A stretch of 64,000 bases of DNA, from the IMG/VR virus record IMGVR_UViG_3300028833_000078. One strand, given 5' to 3'. Shown piece after piece: positions 1 to 11,034 of this stretch. This DNA comes from a virus. Lineage: Duplodnaviria > Caudoviricetes. The translations under genes were made by a program, and so were the position numbers. The notes beneath the pieces are model-generated. The model saw nothing but the letters and a program-made list of their open reading frames with translations. It made no database searches and was not told the DNA's origin. Each line of letters begins with the position of its first letter. The first letter of the stretch is position 1.

Positions 1-793
1 TATCCTATGTTTTGTCCTATTTGCGGACAACCAACAGAAATTAAAAAAGACAATGATAGTGAAGTTTTATATTGCGGAAATCCTGAGTGTGAAGGCAAGG
101 TCTTGAATCGATTAGACCACTTTTGTTCAAAAAAAGGTCTAGATATAAAAGGTTTATCAAAAGCAACTCTTGAAAAACTTATGGATTGGAATTGGGTAAA
201 TGATTATTATGATATTTTTACTCTTGACACCCATGCGGAAGAGTGGAAGCGCAAACCGCGGTTTCGGGGTAGCTAGCGTAAATAATATTTTAAAAGCTAT
301 TGACGGAGCGCGAGAAACAACTCTTGATAAAATTATTGCAGCCGCCGGTATCCCAGAGATTGGTTCTAGAGTATCGAAAGATTTATCTCAGTACTATGAT
401 TCTTATACCGCCTTCCGCGCAGAAACAGACTTTTTAAAATATGATGGTATTGGAGAAATAATGCAAAATAATTTATTAAAATTTAATTATAATGATTTAA
501 GATTTGATGAAACAGTAAATAATTTTTTAAAAATTAAACAAAAAGAAGAAAATAAAAAAGAAAATAATTTAAAAGATAAAGTATTTTGTGTTACTGGTAA
601 AACTCATATTTTTAAAAATCGTGCAGAATTAACCGCCGATATAGAAAGTAAAGGTGGAAAAGTTGTTAGTGCGATGTCTAGCAAAGTCCATTATCTAATC
701 AACAATGATATTACAAGTACAAGTGCAAAAAACCAAGCTGCTAAATCTGCTGGTATACCAATCTTGACTGAAGAAGATTACTTGGCACTTTAA
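1..793 (+). CDS. ligA: NAD-dependent DNA ligase, C-terminal part (Zn finger, HhH, BRCT); 5' end outside window; +1 frameshift at CGG 259
   Basis: CPICG...YCGNPEC zinc finger and GLDIKGLS. Skipping C259 gives EWKRKP-G-FGVASVNNIL (HhH), then GIPEIG and a BRCT domain (FCVTGK...IESKGGKVVSAMSSKVHYLI). Joins ORFs 7..276 and 200..793. Confidence 0.9.
259..262 (+). other. CGG +1 frameshift site (CCG CGG T read as CCG c GGT)
   Basis: Frame 0 reaches TAG at 274; the +1 frame restores the GFG HhH motif. Confidence 0.85.
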
Positions 794-810
794 AAAATTT
801 TTTATATAAT
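782..810 (+). promoter_or_regulatory. sigmaA-type promoter
   Basis: TTGGCA-17 nt-TATAAT; ATG lies 6 nt after the -10 box. Confidence 0.55.
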
Positions 811-816
811 AATAAT

Positions 817-987
817 ATGAAAAAAGAGTTACAAAAAATAGCTATGGAAATAGCAAGGTTAGAAAAGGATTTTAATGAAGGTAATGCAAAGGAGACCGAG
901 GATAAGATTACAAGTCTTATTTCTAAACTATCCTTAGAAGAAATTTTAGAAATAGATAATTATATTCAAGAAAAAATTTGAAATTAA
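817..987 (+). CDS. small helical hypothetical protein (56 aa), possibly leaderless
   Basis: MKKELQKIAMEIARLEKDF...IQEKI(TGA)N-TAA; fills the gap between genes; no RBS. Confidence 0.55.
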
Positions 988-1006
988 AAAAATTTTTTAG
1001 TATAAT
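978..1006 (+). promoter_or_regulatory. sigmaA-type promoter
   Basis: TTGAAA-17-TATAAT upstream of an AAGGAG RBS and ATG 1068. Confidence 0.7.
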
Positions 1007-1067
1007 GTATCTATAATAAAAAATATTATAAAAACATTTTTAGAAAAAAGAAAAGGAGAAAAAAATT

Positions 1068-1337
1068 ATGTTAAAAGAAAATTCAAGAAAAGTATTTGAT
1101 TATGTAAAAGCAAATGAAGGTAAGAATATTACTGCTGCTGACATCGCTGAAGGAACAGGATTAGATGTAAGACAAGTTAATGGTATTGTTACAAGCGCAT
1201 TCCAAAGAAAAGGTTTAATGGAAAGAGTTCCAGCTGAAATCGAACTAGAAGATGGTTCTCATAAAGCTATCAAATTAGTTAAACTTACAGCAGAAGGAAA
1301 AGATTTTGATCCAGATGCTGAAGAAAAAGCTGAATAA
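1068..1337 (+). CDS. winged-helix DNA-binding protein
   Basis: ITAADIAEGTGLDVRQVNGIVTSAFQRKGLMER...LTAEG wHTH pattern; strong RBS; followed by a terminator. Confidence 0.7.
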   Translation: MLKENSRKVFDYVKANEGKNITAADIAEGTGLDVRQVNGIVTSAFQRKGLMERVPAEIELEDGSHKAIKLVKLTAEGKDFDPDAEEKAE

Positions 1338-1358
1338 TCAAAACAAATAAATTTATAG

Positions 1359-1386
1359 GGCTGGGTTAATTAACCTAGCCTTTTTT
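1359..1386 (+). terminator. intrinsic terminator
   Basis: GGCTGGGTT-AATT-AACCTAGCC hairpin followed by T6. Confidence 0.75.
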
Positions 1387-1399
1387 ATTAGGAGGAAAA

Positions 1400-2302
1400 A
1401 TGTTTTGAACTATAATTGGAATAATATTAATAATAATTAGCTGTATTTTAATTTGAAATTATAGTAAAAAATTAAAAAATATTATTACAAAAGATATACA
1501 AACTGAAAAAGAAAATTTTTTAATTGCAAAAGAAAATAATACTTTAAGATTGCAAAAAGAACAATTACAAAATGAATTAAATCAATTAAATACAATTCAA
1601 GATAATTTTGATAGCTTGGCTAAAAAAGCATTCTCTTCTTATTGTGAAGAATTAGATAAAGAATATCAAGAGAAAGAAGAAGACTATGATTATTTATTAG
1701 AAAAGCTTCAAAAAAGCTATGAAGAAGAACAAATTTCTTTACTTAATGATATAAAAATTTTAAAAGAAGAATTACAAAAAATCGCGGAAACCCGCGCTGC
1801 CGCAATTAAAGCCCAATTAAAAGAACAAGAAATTAAAGAACAAAAAGATTTTTATTCCTTAAAAATATCTAGTGCAGATTTAAATGATGCAAAAGTTTTA
1901 CGTAATATTGAATCTAAATTAAATAATCCTCGTGTATTGCGCATGTTAATTTGACAATCATTTTATCAAAAGCCAATGAGCCAATTATGTAATAATATTC
2001 TAGGTACTTCTACTGTAAGCGGAATTTATAAAATTACAAATCAATTAACAGATGCTTATTATATAGGTCAAGCTGTTGACATTGCGACTCGTTGGAAAAC
2101 TCATGCAAAATGCGGTTTGGGGATAGATACTCCTGCTTCAAATAAACTTTATCAAAATATGCAAGAGTATGGATTAGAAAATTTTACTTTTGAGGTCTTA
2201 GAAAAATGTCCTTCTTTAGAATTAAATGCTAAAGAAAAATTCTATATTGATTTATATCAAGCAGATAAATATAGTTTAAACAGTAAAAGTGGAAATAAAT
2301 AA
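1400..2302 (+). CDS. protein with N-terminal TM helix, coiled coil and C-terminal GIY-YIG nuclease domain (TGA=Trp)
   Basis: AGGAGG RBS and ATG 1400: MF(W)TIIGIILIIISCILI(W). In frame with ORFs 1550..1954 and 1976..2302 via TGA. SGIYKITN...YYIGQA...RWKTH...FTFEVLE. Confidence 0.8.
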
Positions 2303-2369
2303 AAATTTTTATTATAATAAAATATATTTAAAAGAAAGGAATCTTGAAAAAGATTATAAGGTAAGAAAA

Positions 2370-3860
2370 ATGAATAAGTTTTTAGAAGATTTAAAAGATG
2401 CAACAAATTATGTTTATACTGAAAATGGAGCGCTTGCTCATAAAACAACAAATAATGCTGTTTATGATATGTTCTCTTTAGGCGCAGCTTACAGAGTAAG
2501 ATCTAATGAAGATTGTATATTATTATTTAAAAATGCTTTTGAAGAAAATGAAACTCTTGCTTTAAAATGTTTATTTTATCTTAGAGATATTCGTGGCGGT
2601 CAAGGAGAAAGACGTTTTTTCCGCACATGCTTTAAGTGGTTATGTGATGAACATCCTGAGGCAGCAAAAAGAAATTTGATTAATATCTCTGAATATGGCA
2701 GATGGGATGACCTTATTTATGCAGCAGAAGGTACTGGTTTAAAAGACCAAGCTTTTGCAATTCTAAAAGAACAATTAGCTTTAGATTTGGCAAGTAAGAC
2801 TCCTTCTCTATTAGGAAAATGGCTACCATCTGAAAATGCTTCAAGCAAAAAGACAAAAAAAATGGCAACTGCATTTAGAGAATATTTAGATATGACACAT
2901 AAACAATATAGAAAAATTTTATCTACTTTAAGACAAAAAATTAATATTGTTGAAAGACTAATGTCTGAAAATAGATGGGATGAAATAGAATTTGATAAAA
3001 TACCTTCAAAAGCAGGATTAGTTTATAGAAATGCTTTTGCTCGTAGAGATATTTTAGCAAAAAAATATGAGGCTTTCATGAAGGATAAATCTACAAAAGT
3101 AAATGCAGCAAGTTTATTTCCTTATGAAATTGTTGAAAAAGCAATTGATGAATTTGGTCACTGTTATTATTGGAGAAATAATCGTCCAACAGATTTATCA
3201 GATCCAACTCGTTTAGCTTTAAATAAATATTGGGAAAATCTTCCTGACTATTTGAAAGGAGAAGACTGCAGCATGATGTGTGTAGTTGATACTTCTGGAT
3301 CAATGTGGGGAAGACCAATAGCAGTAGCTATTTCTTTAGGTTTATATTGTGCAGAAAGAATTGGAGAACCATTTAAAAATTATTTCATTTCTTTCTCAAG
3401 AGAAGCTAAGTTAATAAAAACTGAAGGTATTGACTTTGTTGATAAGGTTCAAAGAATTTATTACCAAAACTTATGCGAAAATACTAATTTAGATAGTGTG
3501 TTCAATTTATTAAGAACTACTGCATTAAGAGACCCTGCTGCAAGAAAATCAATGCCAAAGACTATTGTTGTTATAAGTGATATGGAAATAGATGGTGGGT
3601 CTACTTGGGGTAAAGACAATGCTGCAACTCATATGGAACGTATTAGACAAAAATGGGAACAAGATGGATTGACATTACCACACCTTGTTTATTGGAATGT
3701 AGAATCAAGAAATGAAAATAAGTTCCTTGATTCAGGAGATGATGTTACTTTTGTAAGTGGATGCTCTCCAGTCATTTTCCAAAGTGTGTTAACTGGTAAA
3801 ACAGGATACCAACTTTGTTTAGAAGTTCTAAATGGAGAAAGATATAATGCTGTAAAGTAG
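2370..3860 (+). CDS. DUF2828/TROVE-like helical domain plus vWA domain protein
   Basis: TENGA, LFYLRDIRGGQGERRFF, YGRWDDL, KWLPSEN, MIDAS VVDTSGSM, VISDME, LVYWNV. 10 Trp, all TGG. Confidence 0.8.
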   Translation: MNKFLEDLKDATNYVYTENGALAHKTTNNAVYDMFSLGAAYRVRSNEDCILLFKNAFEENETLALKCLFYLRDIRGGQGERRFFRTCFKWLCDEHPEAAKRNLINISEYGRWDDLIYAAEGTGLKDQAFAILKEQLALDLASKTPSLLGKWLPSENASSKKTKKMATAFREYLDMTHKQYRKILSTLRQKINIVERLMSENRWDEIEFDKIPSKAGLVYRNAFARRDILAKKYEAFMKDKSTKVNAASLFPYEIVEKAIDEFGHCYYWRNNRPTDLSDPTRLALNKYWENLPDYLKGEDCSMMCVVDTSGSMWGRPIAVAISLGLYCAERIGEPFKNYFISFSREAKLIKTEGIDFVDKVQRIYYQNLCENTNLDSVFNLLRTTALRDPAARKSMPKTIVVISDMEIDGGSTWGKDNAATHMERIRQKWEQDGLTLPHLVYWNVESRNENKFLDSGDDVTFVSGCSPVIFQSVLTGKTGYQLCLEVLNGERYNAVK

Positions 3861-3881
3861 GGAGTAATTCCCTACTTTTTT
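3855..3881 (+). terminator. intrinsic terminator overlapping the next promoter
   Basis: AAGTAGGGA-GTAAT-TCCCTACTT followed by a T-run. Confidence 0.75.
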
Positions 3882-3908
3882 GACTTTTAGAAAAAATTTT
3901 TATATAAT
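3880..3908 (+). promoter_or_regulatory. sigmaA-type promoter
   Basis: TTGACT-17-TATAAT. Confidence 0.75.
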
Positions 3909-3964
3909 TATTATATATATAAATATGTTTGAGTATATAAATAAAAAAAGAAGGAGAAAAAGAA

Positions 3965-4921
3965 ATGAAGAAATCAATGATTAATCAAGTACATTTAGAA
4001 GGTAGAATATTTTCACATGATTTACAAATTAAGACAGTTCAAAATGCAGATTCAACAAATTTCGGCAAAGAATTTATTGCAGGTAATGTTGAAATTGCTG
4101 TAGATGAAGAAGGAATGAATGTTATTCCAGTACATTTCACATATGTAACAGAGACAACAAAATCTGGAGCAAAAAGTCCTACTTATACTGCATTAAAGAA
4201 AATAATTGATGAGAATAGAACTTGGTCAAGCCAAGGAAAAGATAAAGCACAAAAGATTCAAGTTAATTCTGCTTTAGCGCTTAATGATTTTTATAATGCA
4301 AATGATGAATTAGTTTCTGCAAAAGTTAATGAAGGTGGTTTTGTAACTTTATTGCTAGATACAGCAGAATTAAGACCAGAAAAAGAAAGAAATACATTCA
4401 ATACAGATATAGTTATAACATCTGTTAAAAGAGTAGAAAAAGATGAAGAAAAAAATATTCCTGAAGATTATGATATAGTTAGAGGAGCAATTTTTAATTT
4501 TAGAAATGAAATTTTACCTCTAGAATATACAATTAAATTAGCAACAGGAATGAAATATTTTGAAGATAAGGCTCCATCTGCATCAGCACCATTATTCACA
4601 AGAGTATGGGGTAATATTAATAGTAAAACTAAGACCGTTACTCAAACTCAAGAAAGTGCATTTGGTGAAGCTGCAGTAACAACTTATACAAGAAAAGAAA
4701 AAGAATGGTTAATTACTGGTGCTTTAAATGAAGCTTATGATTTTGGAGATGAAGCAGTTTTAACAGCAGATGAATTAAAGAAAGCTATGCAAGATAGAGA
4801 AATTCATTTAGCCGACATTAAAAAGAGAGCTGATGAATATAAAGCTCAAAAAGCTTCTGCTACACCAGGACCAATCGTAAATGGAGGAGCAGCAACTCAA
4901 AGCGGAACTTTTAATTTCTAA
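3965..4921 (+). CDS. putative ssDNA-binding (OB-fold) replication protein
   Basis: N-terminal NQVHLEGRI, flexible C-terminus ending in F; first gene of an SPbeta yorF-yorK-like replication block. Confidence 0.55.
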   Translation: MKKSMINQVHLEGRIFSHDLQIKTVQNADSTNFGKEFIAGNVEIAVDEEGMNVIPVHFTYVTETTKSGAKSPTYTALKKIIDENRTWSSQGKDKAQKIQVNSALALNDFYNANDELVSAKVNEGGFVTLLLDTAELRPEKERNTFNTDIVITSVKRVEKDEEKNIPEDYDIVRGAIFNFRNEILPLEYTIKLATGMKYFEDKAPSASAPLFTRVWGNINSKTKTVTQTQESAFGEAAVTTYTRKEKEWLITGALNEAYDFGDEAVLTADELKKAMQDREIHLADIKKRADEYKAQKASATPGPIVNGGAATQSGTFNF

Positions 4922-4938
4922 TATAAGGAGGAGTAAAG

Positions 4939-5970
4939 ATGGCAATTGATTTGTTAAATCTTACTCCCCATCAGGTTAGTCGTGACTTGCGCGGATATAG
5001 TGTGTTTTTTTATGGCGACCCAAAGACTGGCAAGACCACCATCGCAAGTCACTTCCCTGAATCATTATTACTTGCCTTTGAAAAAGGTTATAATGCTATT
5101 CCAGGGATTATGGCTCAACCTATTAATAAGTGGAGTGAGTTCAAACAGACTTTAAAGCAATTAAAAGATGAAAAGGTAAAAGAAAAATTTAGTACAATAA
5201 TTATAGACACAACAGATATTGCATATGATTATTGTATAAAATATATATGTGATAATGCTAAGCGCTCAGACGGCGGTTGGGGCGTAGATGCAATTAGTGA
5301 TATTCCTTTTGGTAAAGGTTATGGACTAGTAGCGCAAGAATTTGATGAATGCTTAAGAAGTATAGTTCAAATGGACTATGGTTTAGTTCTTATTTCTCAT
5401 GCTACTGATAAAACATTTACAGATGAAAAAGGAATAGAATATAATAAAATTGTTCCTACTCTTGATAAGAGAGCAACAAATATTGTTTCTAGAATGACAG
5501 ATATAATTGGTTATTCAAGAGTAGTTAAAACTGATGATGGCAAACAAGTAACTAAATTATTTTTAAGAGGAACAGATAGATTTATGGCAGGTTCAAGATT
5601 TAAATATACTCCTGACTATATAGACTTTAGTTATGATAATTTAGTTAATGCTATTGCTGAAGCAATAGATAAACAAAGTAAAGAAGAAGGAGATAAATTC
5701 TTTACTTCAGAAAGAAGTAATTTATATATTCCTGCAGAAAAAGAATTAAATTTCGATGAATTAATGAAAGAATTTAATGATATAGTAAATGGATTAATTG
5801 AAAAATATGAGGCAGATGGTAAATTTCAAGAATATTATCAACCTAGAATTATTCAAATTACTGAAAAATATTTAGGTAGAGGTCAAAAAGTAAGTCAATG
5901 TTCAAGAGAACAAGTTGAAGCACTTTCACTCATAGTAGATGATCTACAAGAATTAGTCAAGGGAAAATAA
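4939..5970 (+). CDS. AAA_24/Sak4-like P-loop ATPase
   Basis: YGDPKTGKTT, LAFEKG, IIIDT, GKGY, LVLISH. Confidence 0.8.
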   Translation: MAIDLLNLTPHQVSRDLRGYSVFFYGDPKTGKTTIASHFPESLLLAFEKGYNAIPGIMAQPINKWSEFKQTLKQLKDEKVKEKFSTIIIDTTDIAYDYCIKYICDNAKRSDGGWGVDAISDIPFGKGYGLVAQEFDECLRSIVQMDYGLVLISHATDKTFTDEKGIEYNKIVPTLDKRATNIVSRMTDIIGYSRVVKTDDGKQVTKLFLRGTDRFMAGSRFKYTPDYIDFSYDNLVNAIAEAIDKQSKEEGDKFFTSERSNLYIPAEKELNFDELMKEFNDIVNGLIEKYEADGKFQEYYQPRIIQITEKYLGRGQKVSQCSREQVEALSLIVDDLQELVKGK

Positions 5971-6002
5971 TTCCGATGGGAGGGCAAGATAATGCTCTCC
6001 CA

Positions 6003-6031
6003 TTGATTTTTTAATAAATTTATGATATAAT
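6003..6031 (+). promoter_or_regulatory. sigmaA-type promoter with extended -10, preceded by a hairpin at 5976-6003
   Basis: TTGATT-17-TATAAT, with TGn immediately before the -10. Confidence 0.7.
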
Positions 6032-6060
6032 TAAAAGAGAAATAAAAAGGAGTTGGTAAT

Positions 6061-6576
6061 ATGCATAAAGTTACGTGTATCTATTGTAAACAAATATTTG
6101 ACAGAGATAAAGAACCTGCTGTATTAGTGTCTACAAGAAGATATGCTCATGCTCTTTGTGCGGAAAAGGCAAATAAAGAACAAACACAAGCGGAAAAAGA
6201 TTATGACCAATTAATTTTATATATAAGAAAAATTTTAAAAGAAAGTTATGTTGACGCAAAAGTTAAAAAACAAATTATGGATTTTAAGAAACAATATAAT
6301 TATACTTTTAGTGGAATGTTAAAAACTTTAGAATGGTGATATGAAATTAAAAAAAATCCAATAGATAAAGCCAACGGAGGAATAGGTATTATTCCATTCG
6401 TATATCAAGAAGCTTATAATTATTATAAAGCAATTTATGATGCTCAACAAAATGCGGCCGCCGGTCTTCGCAACTATCAACCGAGAATTGAGGAAATAGA
6501 AATCCCGCCTCCAGTTGCTACTTACCGCCTTCCGCAATTGTTTGATATAGAGGAGGAGGTTGAAAATGATAACTAA
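6061..6576 (+). CDS. Zn-binding replication-cluster protein, possibly a helicase loader (TGA=Trp)
   Basis: CIYC...HALC; reads through TGA 6337 (LEW-W-YE...GGIGIIPF) to TAA 6574; overlaps the dnaB start. Confidence 0.7.
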
Positions 6577-8104
6577 GTATGTAGATACCGCATCTATTAT
6601 TCAGGTGCTTGGTAATATCTATAACTCTCCAAATTTATTAGATAATGAAAAATATAAATTTAATGAAGAAGATTTCCCAAATAATTTTCATAAAATATTA
6701 TTTGGTTCAATATATAATTTACACATATTAGGAGCAAAAGAAATAACCGCTAATACAATAGAAGATTATTTAGCTAATAGACCTAATAGTTTAAGTGAAT
6801 ATAAAGTAAATAAAGGTAGAGAATATCTAGAACAAATATCTCAAGCGGTTCAACTTTCTACTTTTGATTTTTATTATAATAAAATGAAAAAGATGACTCT
6901 TTTACGTCAATATGATAAAGCAGGAATGGATTTATCTTGGTTATATGATGTGGATAATATCCTTGATGCAAAAAAGAAACAAGCTCAAGAAGAATGGTTA
7001 GATAATACTTCGTTAGAAGATATAGCAGATACTATTGATAAAAGAATAACAGATATTAAATTAAAATATGTAGATGGCACAGATGCTGAATATGTTCAAG
7101 CAGGGGATCAAATTCTTGAATTAGTAGAAAGGTTAAAGCAAACTCCTGATGTAGGATATCCCCTATTTGGTCCATTTATCAACACTGTAACTCGTGGGGC
7201 AAGATTAAAGAAATTATATCTTCGTTCTGCGGCAACTGGTGTAGGTAAGACAAGAGCAATGATAGCTGACTCATGTAATATAGCTTGTGGTCAAATATAC
7301 GATTCAAAAGAAGGCAAATGGGTAGATAATGGAACTAAAGAACCAACATTATATATTACAACTGAGCAAGAGATAGAAGAAATTCAAACTATGATGCTAG
7401 CATTTTTAGCGGATGTAGATGAAGGACATATTATATATAATAAATATGAAGAAGGAGAATTTGACAGAGTTGTTTATGCAGCTGAGGTAATAAAAAAATC
7501 TCCTATCCATATTAAACGTTTACCAGATTTTAGTTTAATAGATATTGAAAATACAATAAAATATTCCATTTATGAATATGGAGTTAAATATGTTTTTTTT
7601 GATTATCTTCATACTTCAATGAAAATTTTAAGCGAAGTTACAAATAAAACAGGAATAAAAGGATTAAGAGAAGATAATGTTTTATTTATGATGGCAATAA
7701 GATTAAAAGATTTATGTAATGAGTATGGAGTATTTATAATGACAAGTACGCAATTAAATGCGGATTACCGTGAGGCGGATGTCTATGACCAAAATTTATT
7801 ACGTGGAGCAAAATCTATTGCAGATAAGATTGACTTTGGGGCAATTATGTTGCAGACAAGTTCTGAAGATAAACAATCTTTAAAACCAATATTAGCTCAA
7901 AAAGGATTGCCAGAACCAGATATTAAAATGTCAATCTATAAAAATAGACGTGGACAGTATAAAGATATTTTGTTATGGTGCGAAGCCCGCAGAGGCACTT
8001 GCCGTATCATTCCTATGTTTGCAACAGATTATAATTATCAATTAATTGATTTGCCAGATTTAAAAATAACAATAAATCCAAAATTAAATGCTTCAGCATT
8101 TTAG
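6566..8104 (+). CDS. dnaB: DnaB-like replicative helicase
   Basis: SAATGVGKTR Walker A, YITTEQ, FFDYLH, STQLN, LRGAKSIADKID, YKNRRG. Confidence 0.9.
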   Translation: MITKYVDTASIIQVLGNIYNSPNLLDNEKYKFNEEDFPNNFHKILFGSIYNLHILGAKEITANTIEDYLANRPNSLSEYKVNKGREYLEQISQAVQLSTFDFYYNKMKKMTLLRQYDKAGMDLSWLYDVDNILDAKKKQAQEEWLDNTSLEDIADTIDKRITDIKLKYVDGTDAEYVQAGDQILELVERLKQTPDVGYPLFGPFINTVTRGARLKKLYLRSAATGVGKTRAMIADSCNIACGQIYDSKEGKWVDNGTKEPTLYITTEQEIEEIQTMMLAFLADVDEGHIIYNKYEEGEFDRVVYAAEVIKKSPIHIKRLPDFSLIDIENTIKYSIYEYGVKYVFFDYLHTSMKILSEVTNKTGIKGLREDNVLFMMAIRLKDLCNEYGVFIMTSTQLNADYREADVYDQNLLRGAKSIADKIDFGAIMLQTSSEDKQSLKPILAQKGLPEPDIKMSIYKNRRGQYKDILLWCEARRGTCRIIPMFATDYNYQLIDLPDLKITINPKLNASAF

Positions 8105-8116
8105 AAAGGAGTTTAA

Positions 8117-9205
8117 ATGGATGAGTTAGAAGAAATAAAACAACAACTAACAATAGATGATGTATATAATTTTCTTCAAGCTTTTGATGGTTCTCCAAAG
8201 ATGCAAGATAATGTTATTGTATCTAGAACTATTTGTCATGGCGGTCATAGTCATAAATTATATTATTATGGTAATACTCATCTATTTAAATGCTTTACAG
8301 ATTGTCCTGAACCTAGCTTTGATATTTTTCAGCTAGCTATGAAAATCATGGGGAATGATTTAAAAAGTCTCCCTCAGGCAATTAATTATATAAAAGGATT
8401 TTTTGGCTTAGTAACTTCAACAAAAAATTTTAATGAAAATGAATCTTCCCTTGAAGATTGAAAAATTTTAAATAATTATCTTAATAAAAATAATGAAAAT
8501 GCTAATAAAAGAACAATAGAAATGAAATTTTATTCTAAAGAATTTTTAAATAATTTCCCCCAACCGCGCATATTAAGCTGGGAAAAAGAAGGTATTGGAA
8601 AAGATGTAATCAAATCTCATAATATTAGATATGACCCAGTTAATGATGCAATTATTATTCCACATTATGATATAGATGGAAATTTGATTGGAATAAGAGA
8701 AAGAACTTTAATAAAAGAAAATGAAGATGGCGGAAAATATAGACCTATGTATCTAGGCAGACAATTATATAATCATCCTCTTGGATTTGCATTATATAAT
8801 TTAAATTGGTCAAAAGATAATATAAAGAAATTAAAAAAGGTAATTATTTTTGAGTCAGAAAAAAGTTGCTTAAAATATTCAACTTTTTTTGGAGAAGAAA
8901 ATGATATATCTGTTGCTTGTTGCGGTAGTAATTTAGGCAATTATCAATTTGAACTTTTAAAAAATTTAGGAGTAGAAGAAATGGTCATTGCTTTTGATAG
9001 ACAATATCAAGAGATAGGTGATGATGAATATAAGAAATGAACAAGAAAATTATTAGAAATATCTAAGAAATTTTCTAATTATTGTAAAATAAGTTTTATT
9101 TTTGATACAGATAAAATGTTAGGTTATAAAGATGCGCCTATTGATTTAGACAAGAATACATTTTTATACTTATATAAACATAGACTTAATGAGAAAGGAA
9201 ATTAA
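8117..9205 (+). CDS. dnaG: DNA primase (Zn-binding plus TOPRIM; TGA=Trp x2)
   Basis: TICHGG...FKCFTDC; IIIPHYDIDGNLIGIRER; IFESEKSC; IAFD; KDAP. ORFs 8117..8461 and 8522..9040 are in one frame, ending at TAA 9203. Confidence 0.85.
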
Positions 9206-9206
9206 T

Positions 9207-10959
9207 ATGAAATATAAATTAATTAAACCTATGAATCCGAACTATAATGCAATAGAGCAAATACTTGTAAATAGGCGGAATTCCTTATAAAGATATCCAA
9301 CATTATTTAAATACAACAGATAAAGATATAAATGATTTTAAATTATTTGGAGAGGATAATTTAAAGAAGGCGGCAACCGCATTAATTACCGCGATAAAAG
9401 AAAATCAAAAAACATGAGTTGTAGTTGACTGCGATTGTGATGGTTATACCTCTTCCGCACTATTAATAAATTATCTATATGAATGATTCCCAGCTTTTGT
9501 GGAAAATCATGTTAAATATTTTTTACACGAAGGCAAAACACATGGTTTAGCAGATGTTATGGAGCATATAGATGAAGATACTAAGTTAGTTATCCTTCCA
9601 GATAGTTCGAGTAATGATTATGAATACCATAAAGAATTAAAAAGCCGTGGTATTAATGTTATTGTTCTTGACCACCACGAAGCTGACCATATTAGTGAAG
9701 ATGCTATCATAATTAATAATCAGTTATCAGATTATCCAAATAAACAAATGTCTGGTGTTGGAGTCGTTTGGCAATTTTGCAGATATTTAGATAGTCTATT
9801 GGGAGATAATAAAGCAAATCAATTTTTAGATTTAGTAGCTCTTGGTATGACTGGAGATATGATGGACTTGCGCTCAATAGAAACAAAGCATTTAATAAAT
9901 AAAGGATTTGAAGAAATTCATATTAAAAATCCATTTATATACTTTATGGCACAAAAAAATAGTTTTTCTTTGGGTAATAAAATTACTCCAACTGGCGCAG
10001 CATTTTATATTGTTCCTTATGTAAATTCTATGGTTAGAAGCGGAACTCTAGATGAGATGAGATTATTATTTGACTCAATGCTTAAATATAAAGCATTTAA
10101 TATTGTTCCCTCTACTAAACGCGGTCATGCAATAGGAGAAATGGAACAGGTTGTAGACCAAGCCGTTCGCACCGCATCAAATGTAAAAAATAGACAAACA
10201 AGAGCTCAAGAAAAAGGAATTGAAGCTCTTGAAAATCAAATAAAAGAAAATAATTTATTAGACCATAAAGTATTATTATTCTTATTAAACAGTGGAGAAA
10301 TTGATAGTAATATAAATGGTTTAATTGCAAATAAATTTATGGCAAAATATCAGCGCCCTGTTTGTGTTTTAACAAAAGTAGGAGATGTTTATCGCGGTTC
10401 CGCAAGAGGCTATGATAAATCAGGAATTGAAAGTTTTAGACAAGCTTGTTTAGATACTGGGCTAGTTAATTTTGCGGAAGGCCATGCTAACGCATTTGGT
10501 CTTGAAATTAATGCGGAAAACCTTGAGGCGTTTGTTGCTGCGATGGACAAGGCCTTTGCCAACATTGACCCAGAACCGCTTTACCGCGTTGATTACATAT
10601 ATAAAGGCGTTGATGTTAGTAGAGAAAATATTCTTGATGTTGCTTCTTTAAATGACTTATGGGGACAAGGTATTGAAGAATGCTTAATTTGCATTGAAGG
10701 TTTAAATGTTTCATCTGAAATGATTAATTTAATGGGACTTGAAAAAGGTAAGCCAACATTAAAAATAACTTTACCAAATAAAGTAGCTCTAATTAAATTT
10801 GGTAGCTCAGAAGAAGAATACCATAACCTTCAATCCAAAGGCTATATGACTTTAAATATTGTAGGAAAATGTCAGGCCAATGAATGGAATGGATGAGTTA
10901 CTCCTCAGGTACTTATAGAAGATTATGAGGTTACAGGAGGAAGTAAATATAATTTTTAA
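9207..10959 (+). CDS. recJ: RecJ-like DHH ssDNA exonuclease (~583 aa; +1 shift at CGG 9276; TGA=Trp x3)
   Basis: ILVNR-G-IP restored by skipping C9276; VVVDCDCDG, LDHH, SGVGV, LVALGMTGD, RGSAR, GHANAFG. Confidence 0.9.
9276..9279 (+). other. CGG +1 frameshift site (AGG c GGA)
   Basis: Frame 0 stops 4 codons later; the +1 frame gives NRGI and leads into DxDxDG. Confidence 0.85.
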
Positions 10960-10986
10960 GTCGCTAACGCGACTTATTTTTCTTCA

Positions 10987-11015
10987 TTGACAGTTTAATA
11001 AAATTATAATATAAT
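10987..11015 (+). promoter_or_regulatory. consensus sigmaA promoter
   Basis: TTGACA-17-TATAAT, just after a small hairpin (AAGTCGC-TAAC-GCGACTT). Confidence 0.8.
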
Positions 11016-11034
11016 ATAATAAGGTGATAAAAAA

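Noticed and set aside
9273-9278. Triplet reassignment of CGG, or AGG read as Met
   Set aside because: Every CGG site needs a frame change, which a triplet reassignment cannot supply; AGG encodes the conserved Arg of RecJ NRGI.
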